Of a stretch of 64,000 nt of DNA, positions 56,077 to 64,000 are shown in pieces (the stretch's first letter is position 1; the number at the start of each line of letters is the position of its first letter). This stretch comes from Rhizobium sp. Q54. GTDB lineage: Bacteria; Pseudomonadota; Alphaproteobacteria; SHVZ01. Below the pieces are notes generated by a model. The model saw only the letters and a program-made list of their open reading frames with translations, ran no database searches and was not told the DNA's origin. The DNA is taken from contig CAMBVS010000014.1 in assembly GCA_945871425.1 (NCBI GenBank), positions 4,497-68,496 of the forward strand. Direction: 5' to 3'. The translations under genes were made by a program, and so were the position numbers.

Positions 56077-57564
56077 ATGGACGCCTTTTTCGCCGGCATG
56101 GGGGTTCTGCTCGATCCCTACATGCTGTTCCTGGTCTTTGCCGGCACCGTCCTCGGCATCGTCGTCGGCGCGCTGCCGGGGATCAGCGGCAGCACGACGA
56201 CGGCGCTCCTGCTGCCGCTGACGATCGCGATGACGCCGGCCGCGGCGATCGCCTTCCTCGGCTCTCTCTACTGCGCCGCCAATTTCGGCGGCTCGATCAC
56301 GGCGATCCTGATCAACACGCCGGGCGACCCCTCGGCCTCGGCCACCGCCTTCGACGGCTATCCCATGGCGGCCCGCGGCGAGGCGGGAAAGGCTCTCGGC
56401 ATCTCGGCGGTGGCGAGCGCCATCGGCGGCATCTTCAGCGTCTTCGTCCTGATCGTCGCCGCCCCGCTGCTCGCACGCATGGCCTACCAGTTCGGCCCCC
56501 CGGAATACTTCGCACTCGCCGTCTTCGGCCTCTCGATGGTGGCTGCGATCGGCGGCGACTCGCCGGTGAAGAACCTGCTCGCCGCGGCCCTCGGCGTGCT
56601 GCTGGCCACGGTCGGGCTCGACCTCACCACCGGCGTCGAGCGCTTCACCTTTGGCGCCTACGCGCTCTCCGACGGCATCGAGTTCATTCCCGTTCTCGTC
56701 GGCCTGTTCGCGATCTCAGAGCTCCTGGAGCAGGCAGCCCAGCACGGCGCCGTTCAGAGCTACATCAAGCTGAAGAAGGTCGAGCTTCCGACTCTGGCCG
56801 ACTTCCGCAAATGCGCCAAGGCGATCTCGCTCTCCAGCGTGATCGGCACTTTCATCGGCGTGCTGCCGGCGCTCGGTGCCACGACGGCGGCGCTGATCTG
56901 CTACAATGAGACCCGCCGCTGGTCGAAGCACAAGGAGGAGTTCGGCCGAGGCGCCATCGAGGGCGTCGCCGGGCCCGAGGCCGCCAACAACGCCGCGGTC
57001 GGCGGCGCCATGGTGCCGACGCTGGCCCTCGGCATCCCCGGCAGCACCACCTCGGCGATCATCCTTGCGGGCCTGATCATCCAGGGCATCCGGCCGGGAC
57101 CGCACCTGTTCACCGAGCAGCCGACGCTGCTCTACGTCGTCTTCGGCTCGATGTTCGCGGCCAACCTGCTCTACCTGGTGATGGGCCTCGGCATGGCCAA
57201 GCTGTTCGCCCGCATCGCGCTGATTCCCGCCACATATCTCTGGCCGGCCGTTTTCGTGCTCTCGGTGGTCGGATCCTACGCACCGAACCAGTCGATGTTC
57301 GATGTCTGGGTCATGCTAGCCGCCGGCGTCGTCGGATTCCTCTTCCGGCGCTACGGCTTCTCCCCGGCACCGCTGATCATGGGCCTGGTGCTGGGCAAGC
57401 TGGTCGAGGAGACGCTGAAGCAGTCGCTGCTGATCTTCGACCGGAACTGGCTGATGTTCCTGACCCGCCCGGTGGTGGTTGTGCTGTTCGCGATCACCGC
57501 GGCAGGGCTCGCCGCGCCGGCGCTCCTGCGGCTGTGGAGATTCTGGCGGGCTAGCGCAGCATGA
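56077..57564 (+). CDS. tctA: TTT large permease
   Basis: 'GALPG', 'ILINTPG', 'FDGYPMA', 'GPEAANNA', 'LGIPG'. Confidence 0.93.
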   Translation: MDAFFAGMGVLLDPYMLFLVFAGTVLGIVVGALPGISGSTTTALLLPLTIAMTPAAAIAFLGSLYCAANFGGSITAILINTPGDPSASATAFDGYPMAARGEAGKALGISAVASAIGGIFSVFVLIVAAPLLARMAYQFGPPEYFALAVFGLSMVAAIGGDSPVKNLLAAALGVLLATVGLDLTTGVERFTFGAYALSDGIEFIPVLVGLFAISELLEQAAQHGAVQSYIKLKKVELPTLADFRKCAKAISLSSVIGTFIGVLPALGATTAALICYNETRRWSKHKEEFGRGAIEGVAGPEAANNAAVGGAMVPTLALGIPGSTTSAIILAGLIIQGIRPGPHLFTEQPTLLYVVFGSMFAANLLYLVMGLGMAKLFARIALIPATYLWPAVFVLSVVGSYAPNQSMFDVWVMLAAGVVGFLFRRYGFSPAPLIMGLVLGKLVEETLKQSLLIFDRNWLMFLTRPVVVVLFAITAAGLAAPALLRLWRFWRASAA

Positions 57565-58369
57565 ACGACATCGCCGAGAAGCAATTGAGCGTGCGGATCA
57601 CCGACTTCATCGAGCCCGCGGTGTAGGACACCACCTCCGGCGCCGGCCGCTCGGTGCCCGGCAGCAGCGACATCAGGTCGGCCAGCGCCACATTGTTCAA
57701 CTCGACGCGCACGTTCATCGGCGGCGCGATGCGGAACGGGCTGATCTCCTTCGCCCGCCCGACCGCCCGGGTCGCAGCGGCGCGGATCAGCTCATGCGCC
57801 TTCCTGGGCGCGATCGAGTCCGCCGCCGAGTTCATGATCGCGCGCTTGACCTCGACGATCTCGGCGCCTTCGAACAGCGGCGCCGTCTCCGCCTTCAGGC
57901 AGTCGTCGCCGGAGAGCAGGATCACCGGCACGCCGACCTCGCCGGCATAGGCGCCGTAGAGCCCCGACTCACCGAGCTCGCGGCCGTTCACCGTGATCCG
58001 GCCGAAGGCGAAGCCGTTGATGGTGTGGGCGAGGATGCCGTGCGAACGCGCACGGGCGTGGTAGCCGAGAGCGAAGACGCCGGCATAGTCGGCAGTCAGG
58101 CCCTCCATCATCGAGACCGGCTTCGGCTTGCCCGAGATCAGGCGGGCGCGCACGTCCAGATCCTCGATCAGGAGATTGCGCATCGACCCATGAGAGTCGT
58201 TGACCAGGATCTCGGTGGCGCCGCCCTCGAAGGCGCTGGCGATGGCGGCGTTCACCTCCGCGGTCATCAGCCGGCGGGCGCGCTCGTATTCGGGATTGCC
58301 CGGCTGCCCCTGCTGGCCGTGCACGACGCCGGCGACTCCCTCGATGTCCGACGAGACGTAGATCCGCAT
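57551..58369 (-). CDS. dppA: M55 family D-aminopeptidase
   Basis: 'SSDIEG', 'VNDSHG', 'GYHA', 'LAHT', 'LGE', 'SGDD'. Confidence 0.92.
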   Translation of the reverse strand: MRIYVSSDIEGVAGVVHGQQGQPGNPEYERARRLMTAEVNAAIASAFEGGATEILVNDSHGSMRNLLIEDLDVRARLISGKPKPVSMMEGLTADYAGVFALGYHARARSHGILAHTINGFAFGRITVNGRELGESGLYGAYAGEVGVPVILLSGDDCLKAETAPLFEGAEIVEVKRAIMNSAADSIAPRKAHELIRAAATRAVGRAKEISPFRIAPPMNVRVELNNVALADLMSLLPGTERPAPEVVSYTAGSMKSVIRTLNCFSAMSFMLR

Positions 58370-58457
58370 TTTAATCCCCTCCGATGGCGGGCGGCACGGT
58401 AAGCCGAAACCAGGCAGGGCGACAATCATCCAGGGGATCGGTAGTGTCTGCCATCCC

Positions 58458-59048
58458 ATGACCGACCGCGCCCTCATCGAAACCTTCACGCGTGCCGTCC
58501 TCGCCGATGAGCCATCGGCGCTGATCCCGCATTTCTTCGCCCACGACATTGCGCCGCCGATCTTTCGTTGGAATCCCCAGATCGGATCCCTGGTCGAGGC
58601 GCCGCTCAAGGTGCTGTTCCGGTGGTGGCGGGAGCAGCGGGTTGCCGGCGGCATCCCGTCGGTCGACGCGGTCGACCCGCTGGCGCTCAAGGAAGCGCTG
58701 GGCTACCTGATGATCCTCGACGTGCTCGAGGACGGCTGGGACTTCCGCTACCGCCTCTACGGCAGCGAGATCGCCCAGCACGCCAAACGCGACTACACCG
58801 GGCAGCGCACCTCCGAGCTCAAGGTCGTCTCGCTGATCCCCACATTCTACATCGCCTGCTATCGGGCCGTGCTCGTGCGCCCGGAGCCGCTGATGACCCG
58901 GAACGAGCCCCCGACCGACGTCGCCACCACCACCTGGACCCGCCTGGTCCTGCCGCTCGCGGACGGCAGCGGCAGAATCGTGCGTTTCCTCGTCGGCAAC
59001 GTTCCCGGCACCTGGCGGCAGCCCACGAAAGGTGAATCCAGGAGCTGA
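58458..59048 (+). CDS. Stand-alone PAS-like (PAS_5 type) protein
   Basis: 'WW.......P....DP..L...LG.LMILDV....DFRYRLYGS', 'RLVLPL.D'. Confidence 0.7.
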   Translation: MTDRALIETFTRAVLADEPSALIPHFFAHDIAPPIFRWNPQIGSLVEAPLKVLFRWWREQRVAGGIPSVDAVDPLALKEALGYLMILDVLEDGWDFRYRLYGSEIAQHAKRDYTGQRTSELKVVSLIPTFYIACYRAVLVRPEPLMTRNEPPTDVATTTWTRLVLPLADGSGRIVRFLVGNVPGTWRQPTKGESRS

Positions 59049-59122
59049 GCGCAAGGATGGCAGGCGGCAGCACTCCACGGCATGATGCCCGCCGAGGCGC
59101 CTCTTCCTCCCGGAGTTTCCCG

Positions 59123-60121
59123 ATGCCCGATACGATCCTGCCCACCGCCGCCTGGCTGACGGCACCGGCCGACAGCCGGTGGAACCCGGAGATCCTGGCC
59201 GAAGCCTGGGCCTACGCCGCCAGCATCGACAGTTCGGCGGTCATGGTGGTGGAGGGCGGACGCGTGGTGGCCAGCTGGGGCGACGTCGAGCGTCGCTACA
59301 TGTACCACTCCATGCGGAAGAGCTTCCTCTCGGCGCTCTACGGCATCCACATCGCGGAAGGCCGCATCAGCCGCGGCACGACGCTGGCCGAACTCGGGAT
59401 CGAGGACAAGGAGGGGCTTTCCGGCCGCGAGAAGGCCGCGACCATCCTCGACCTGCTCTCGGCACGCTCCGGCATCTACCACCCGACCGTCTACGAGAGC
59501 CAGTGGATGCGCTCGATCAAGGAGCTTCGCCACGCCCGCGCGCCCGGCGTCTTCTGGTGCTACAATAACTGGGACTTCAACGTTCTCGGGTCCATCTTCG
59601 AGAAGCTGGTCGGCCGCTCGCTGTTCGACGAATTCCGCGACCGCATCGCCGGGCCCATCGGCATGCAGGACTTCCGCTATGACGACGAGCGCAAGGACGG
59701 TGAGTATGTCCACGGCGCCGAGACCGACCACCCCGCCTATCCCTTCCGCATGTCGAGCCGAGACCTCGCGCGCTTCGGCCTGCTGTTCCTCAACGGCGGC
59801 CGCTGGGGCGACAGCCAGATCGTCCCGCGCCGCTGGGTGAAGGAAAGCACGGCGCCGATCTCGGAGGCGGGCAACGCCGGCGCCTACGGGTACATGTGGT
59901 GGGTGGCGCGCGCCGGCGTCCACATCCCGGGCGTGATCCTGCCCGACGGCACCTACTCCGCCCGCGGCGCCGGCGGCCACAAGATGTTCGTCATCCCGGC
60001 GCACGACATCGTGCTCGTGCACCGGGTCGATACCGACGTGAAGGGGCGCGAGGTGAAGACGCACCAATTCGCCCCGCTGATCGATCTCGTGCTCGCCGCC
60101 CGGCTCGGGCGGGACTGGTAG
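59123..60121 (+). CDS. Serine hydrolase, beta-lactamase class C / 6-aminohexanoate-dimer hydrolase family
   Basis: SxxK 'SMRKS', 'YNN', 'SRDLARFG', 'YGYMWW', 'SARGAGG'. Confidence 0.88.
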   Translation: MPDTILPTAAWLTAPADSRWNPEILAEAWAYAASIDSSAVMVVEGGRVVASWGDVERRYMYHSMRKSFLSALYGIHIAEGRISRGTTLAELGIEDKEGLSGREKAATILDLLSARSGIYHPTVYESQWMRSIKELRHARAPGVFWCYNNWDFNVLGSIFEKLVGRSLFDEFRDRIAGPIGMQDFRYDDERKDGEYVHGAETDHPAYPFRMSSRDLARFGLLFLNGGRWGDSQIVPRRWVKESTAPISEAGNAGAYGYMWWVARAGVHIPGVILPDGTYSARGAGGHKMFVIPAHDIVLVHRVDTDVKGREVKTHQFAPLIDLVLAARLGRDW

Positions 60122-60135
60122 AAGGAGACGCAAGG

Positions 60136-61233
60136 ATGGTGACGCTTCTGACCGAACGCGGCAGTTTCGAGGTGAAGGCCCGCAGGGTCGGCGAGGATCT
60201 CTGGGTCGACTCGGACGCCCTCGCCGAGGCGACGGGCTGGGAGCTGAAGCCGGAAGGCTTCTGCCGCGACGAGGTCTGCGTGCCGCTGCCGCGGGGACGC
60301 GAGTCCGAGTTCCGCCAGGGCGCGGAAATCAACGCGGCGAAGCTCTGGCGCCATGCCGGACAGCCGATCGTCGTCAGCCGCGACGGCGAGGCCTGGTCGC
60401 TCGGCACGTCGGCAGCATTGCGCACGAGCGCGCTCGAAAGCCTCGAGGCGCCGGACGTGGCGCTGCCGGACTTGGACGGCCGCATCCACCGGATCTCCGA
60501 CCACCGCGGCAAGAAGGTCTTCCTCTCCACCTGGGCATCCTGGTGAGGCTGTCGCTTTGACTTGCCCGTGTGGCAGCAACTGTACGACGAGCTCAAGGAT
60601 CACGGCTTCATGGTGTTCGCGGTCGCGATGGACAGTCGCGGACCGGAGATCGCGCGGCCCTGGATCGAGGCGGCGAAGTCGACCTATGTGTCGGTGATCG
60701 ACACCGAGCATCGCCTGGCCGATCTCTACAACATGGTCAACGTGCCGGAGGCCGTGTGGATCGACGAGACCGGACGGATCGTGCGCCCGACCGAGGTCGC
60801 CGGCAGCGGCGACTATTTCCGCAAGATGGATCGCCAGACCAAGACGCTTCCCGAAGACGCCAAGGTCATGCGGGAAGAGATGCGGGCGCTCTACATGAAC
60901 GCGCTCCGCGACTGGGTGAGAAACGGCCGGAGGAGCAGCTACGCCTTCGATGAGTCCGCCGCGCGCTGCCATGTGCGTCCGCAGTCGGAGGACGTGGCGC
61001 TCGCCCATTGCTGGTTCCGGCTCGGCCGGCACCTCCATGCGGCCGGCAAGCTCGACGAAGCGGAGGCGGCCTTCGCCGAGGCGAGCCGCCTTCACCCGGA
61101 CTCCTGGAACATCTGGCGCCAGATGGGCGACATCAAGCACCAGGGCCAGCCCAATCCCGAGTTCTGGGCACGGGTCGAGACGCTGGGCAACCGCCGCTAC
61201 TACGGCAAGATCGACATGCCGGGCATGCCGTGA
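60136..61233 (+). CDS. Selenoprotein: ResA/TlpA-like thioredoxin-fold protein (WASW-U-GC) with C-terminal TPR-like helices; Sec at codon 137
   Basis: The ORFs ending at 60546 and starting at 60562 are in the same frame; TGA 60544-60546 occupies the first Cys position of the redox motif; SECIS-like hairpin follows. Confidence 0.85.
60548..60593 (+). promoter_or_regulatory. Putative bacterial SECIS element
   Basis: Apical stem TTGCC/GGCAG with loop CGTGT starting 20 nt after the UGA; lower pairing TTG/CAA, GTCG/CGAC, GCT/AGC. Confidence 0.6.
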
Positions 61234-62651
61234 CCCCTCGGGCGTCCGTACCCGAGGTCGCATGGACGGAGCTGGCATCGGGTACGGCCGACGATCTCGA
61301 CGGCTCGTCCGTCGAAATCGCCGGCTGGCTCCGCCCGGTCGAGGAGGGCACGCGGCGGGGCTACGCCCTGCTGGTGCCGGATTCGCTTTGCTGTGCCGGC
61401 TGCGCGCCCGTCGACAGGCGAACCACCGTCGAGGTCCTCTTCAAGGGGGGCCTCGCGTCCTTCCCAGGAGAGGCACGGCTCGCCGGTACGCTTCGGCGGC
61501 TGCCCGATGACGACCCGGCCGGGTGGCGCTATCAACTCCGCGACGCCACCCTCCTCGCTGCTGCGCCATCCGTCAGCGTGTTCTCTCGGCGGGCGCTCCT
61601 CGGCGCCGGACCGCTTCTCTGCCTGGCGGCGACCGCCCCTCGCGCCGTCCAGGCCCAGGCTGACGACCTCGGCGACGCCCGCCGGGTACTCGCCGGCGCG
61701 CTCACCATCGATATCCATTCCCATGCAGGCCGCGCCGTCGGCCGCACGCATCCGGCGTTCACCGCCGTCGCCGCGCCGATGCGCGACGGCGCCATGGCGA
61801 CGATCTGTCTCGCCATGGTTGCGGATACGCCGACGCTCGAGCTCACGCCCGATCGCCGCATTCGGTCGATGCGCGAGCCGGAGCGGGGCGAGCTCTACCA
61901 ATGGAGCCGCCGCTCCTTCGCCCGGCTCGCCGAGCTGGTCGCGCACCAGCAGCTCGACGTCGTCACCGATCTCGCCTCGTTGAACGCCTCTCCCCGGCGT
62001 GGCCCCTCCGCCATCATCGCCGCCGAAGGCTCCGATTTCCTCGAAGGCCGGATCGAGCGGTTGGAGGAGGCCTATCGCGAGCACCGGCTCCGCCACCTGC
62101 AGCTGACCCACTACCGGGTCAACGAGCTCGGCGACATCCAGACAGCCACGCCGGTTCATGGCGGCCTCACCGAATTCGGCGTCGAGGTGGTCCGCAGCTG
62201 CAACCGCATGGGCATCGTCGTCGACGTCGCCCATGGCACCCTCGACCTAGTCAAGCGCGCCGCCACGGTCACCACCAAGCCGCTGGTGCTGTCGCACACC
62301 TCCCTCGTCAACCGGCCGGCGCTCTTCAGCCGGCAGATCTCGCCGGATCACGCGCGCATCGTCGCCGGCACCGGCGGCGTCATCGGCATCTGGCCACCCT
62401 CCGGCATCTTTCCCGACCTGACGGCGCTCGCCGGCGGCATGGCGCGCACGGTCGACGTCACCGGCATCGACCATGTCGGCCTCGGCACCGACATGAACGG
62501 CCTCACCGCACCGCCGACCTTCTCCAGCTATCGCCAGCTGCCCGACCTCGCCGCGGCTCTGATGGCGCGCGGCTTCCATGCCGAAGAGGTCCGGAAGCTT
62601 CTCGGCGGCAACTACGCCCGGGTGTTCGCGGCGACCGTCGCACATTCGTAG
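61230..62651 (+). CDS. Membrane dipeptidase (M19) fused to an N-terminal Cys-rich DUF3299-like domain
   Basis: GTG overlaps the upstream stop; 'DIHSH', 'AEG', 'LTHY', 'VDVAH', 'SHT', 'HVGLGTD'; N-terminal 'LVPDSLCCAGC'. Confidence 0.82.
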   Translation: MTPRASVPEVAWTELASGTADDLDGSSVEIAGWLRPVEEGTRRGYALLVPDSLCCAGCAPVDRRTTVEVLFKGGLASFPGEARLAGTLRRLPDDDPAGWRYQLRDATLLAAAPSVSVFSRRALLGAGPLLCLAATAPRAVQAQADDLGDARRVLAGALTIDIHSHAGRAVGRTHPAFTAVAAPMRDGAMATICLAMVADTPTLELTPDRRIRSMREPERGELYQWSRRSFARLAELVAHQQLDVVTDLASLNASPRRGPSAIIAAEGSDFLEGRIERLEEAYREHRLRHLQLTHYRVNELGDIQTATPVHGGLTEFGVEVVRSCNRMGIVVDVAHGTLDLVKRAATVTTKPLVLSHTSLVNRPALFSRQISPDHARIVAGTGGVIGIWPPSGIFPDLTALAGGMARTVDVTGIDHVGLGTDMNGLTAPPTFSSYRQLPDLAAALMARGFHAEEVRKLLGGNYARVFAATVAHS

Positions 62652-62750
62652 CAACCACACTTACAATATGGTTGTCTCCAGGGACGACGGCGGAAACAAT
62701 CGCCGCCGCACCGGCCTTCGCCGGGAACCCGCCACAAGGACGTGAACGAC

Positions 62751-63308
62751 ATGGCCGACATCCGCATTCTCGGCATTTCAGGAAGCCTGCGCAAAGGCTC
62801 GTACAATTCGGCGGCGTTGAAGGTCGCCGCCGGGCTCATGCCGGCCGGAGCGCGGCTTGAGATCTTCGACATCTCCGGCATCCCGCTCTACAACGAGGAC
62901 GCGAAGGCTCAGGGCTATCCCGAACCGGTGCAGCGCCTTCGCGAGAAGATCGCTGCCGCCGACGGCGTCGTCTTCGCCACACCGGAGTACAATTTCTCGA
63001 CCTCGGGCGTTCTGAAGAACGCCATCGACTGGGCCTCCCGCCCGCCGGAACAGCCCTTCGACGACAAGGCGGTCGCGATCATGGGTGCGTCGGGCGGCGT
63101 ACTCGGCACAGCACGGGCCCAGTATCACCTCCGTCAGATCGGCGTCTTCCTCAACATGCGCTTCGTCAACAAGCCCGAGGTGTTCATCGGCGGCGCCGCC
63201 TCCAAGTTCGACGCCGCCGGCAACCTCACCGACGAGACCGCCAAGGGCCTGATCCGGAACCTGATGGCCGAGCTGGTGACCTGGAGCAAGCGACTGAAGA
63301 AGGACTGA
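62751..63308 (+). CDS. NAD(P)H-dependent FMN reductase (ChrR-like)
   Basis: 'SGSLRKGSYN', 'TPEYN.S..GVLKNAIDWASR', 'GTARAQ'. Confidence 0.93.
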   Translation: MADIRILGISGSLRKGSYNSAALKVAAGLMPAGARLEIFDISGIPLYNEDAKAQGYPEPVQRLREKIAAADGVVFATPEYNFSTSGVLKNAIDWASRPPEQPFDDKAVAIMGASGGVLGTARAQYHLRQIGVFLNMRFVNKPEVFIGGAASKFDAAGNLTDETAKGLIRNLMAELVTWSKRLKKD

Positions 63309-63364
63309 GCCGCTCCGGCACGGTTGCGGCCGGCCCGGACACGGGCGATCATTGCGGCGGCATC

Positions 63365-63403
63365 TGCCGCTTCCGATGGCAGCCCCTGCACTTTGCGGAG
63401 GCA
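63365..63403 (+). promoter_or_regulatory. Tandem NtrC-like enhancer sites
   Basis: TGC-N11-GCA at 63365-63381 and TGCAC-N7-AGGCA at 63387-63403, 22 bp apart. Confidence 0.5.
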
Positions 63404-63456
63404 CGAGACCGGCGCGGCAAGCGGCTGCGCCGTGTTTCGTTTCAGGGAGCCGGCGA

Positions 63457-63471
63457 TGGCATGCCGCTTGC
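63457..63471 (+). promoter_or_regulatory. Sigma54 (-24/-12) promoter
   Basis: TGGCATGCCGCTTGC = GG-N10-GC matching TGGCAY-N5-TTGC. Confidence 0.75.
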
Positions 63472-63511
63472 CGATCTCGCTTGCGGCCGGAGGATGCGTA
63501 GAGGAGCGACG

Positions 63512-64000
63512 GTGACGACATCCGCCTTCGACGAGATGAGCGGTGACGGAGCGACCCGCCCGCCCTATGCCGCCATCGCCGACTGGCTCGCCTCGACCCC
63601 GGCCGAGGTGCTGGCGCTCAAGCGCGACGAGGCCGAGCTGATCTTCCGGCGAACCGGCATCACCTTCGCGGTCTATACCGAGGGCGGCGACCCCGAGCGC
63701 CTGATCCCCTTCGATATCATCCCGCGCGTCCTCGACGCGCATGAGTGGACGGTGCTCGAGCGCGGTCTCTCGCAGCGGGTGCGCGCGCTGAACGCCTTCA
63801 TCGCCGACGTCTACGACCAGCAGGAATTCCTCCGCGCCGGGAAGATCCCGCCGGCGCTCGTCCTGCACAACTCGGGCTTCGCCACGGAGATGGTCGGGCT
63901 CAAGGTTCCGGCCGGCATCTACACCCATGTCGCGGGCATCGACATGGTCAGGGTGGGGCCGGATGAGTTCTACGTGCTCGAGGACAATTGCCGCACGCCA
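63512..64000 (+). CDS. Circularly permuted type 2 ATP-grasp protein (3'-truncated; missing from the ORF track)
   Basis: GTG after SD GAGGAG; 'FDEM', 'GITFAVY', 'ERLIPFDIIPR', 'QRVRALNAF', 'GIDMVR', 'VLEDNCRTP'. Confidence 0.92.
   Translation, partial: MTTSAFDEMSGDGATRPPYAAIADWLASTPAEVLALKRDEAELIFRRTGITFAVYTEGGDPERLIPFDIIPRVLDAHEWTVLERGLSQRVRALNAFIADVYDQQEFLRAGKIPPALVLHNSGFATEMVGLKVPAGIYTHVAGIDMVRVGPDEFYVLEDNCRTP

Noticed and set aside
60562-61233. Independent TTG-started gene as listed in the track
   Set aside because: It would begin after the redox motif, in the middle of the thioredoxin fold, with no SD; UGA read-through from 60136 explains it better.

Overview
High-GC alphaproteobacterial chromosomal segment (Rhodospirillales-like, judged from gene content and order). 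It holds about 60 genes and one tRNA-Leu(CAA). No integrase, transposase or CRISPR array is visible. A conserved core (plsC-ydcF-ftsX-ftsE-zitP-like, TIGR02302, lysA-lipoprotein-argH-tlpA, hbd-etfAB-pduO, ubiH/L-type, gluQ, HNH, coq7-dsbB-yqaA) is interspersed with accessory catabolic and envelope genes. Main signals not shown by the ORF track: (1) a selenoprotein thioredoxin-fold/TPR gene read through an in-frame UGA (WASW-U-GC) with a SECIS-like hairpin (60136-61233); (2) a probable leaderless 16-codon Ile/Thr/Leu-containing uORF inside a ~100-nt hairpin that masks the SD of a stand-alone ACT-domain gene coupled to a Nudix hydrolase (33534-34823); (3) a polyprenyl-phospho-pentofuranose cluster (UbiA-HAD, DprE1/E2, GtrA, GT-C-like) carrying a second oxidoreductase pair, next to the tRNA; (4) a secreted barnase-barstar pair; (5) three in-frame internally deleted genes (MFS, hybrid kinase, BisC/TorA-like); (6) a sigma54 promoter with NtrC-like sites upstream of a circularly permuted ATP-grasp gene. 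All family assignments come from motif recognition by eye; no database searches were run.
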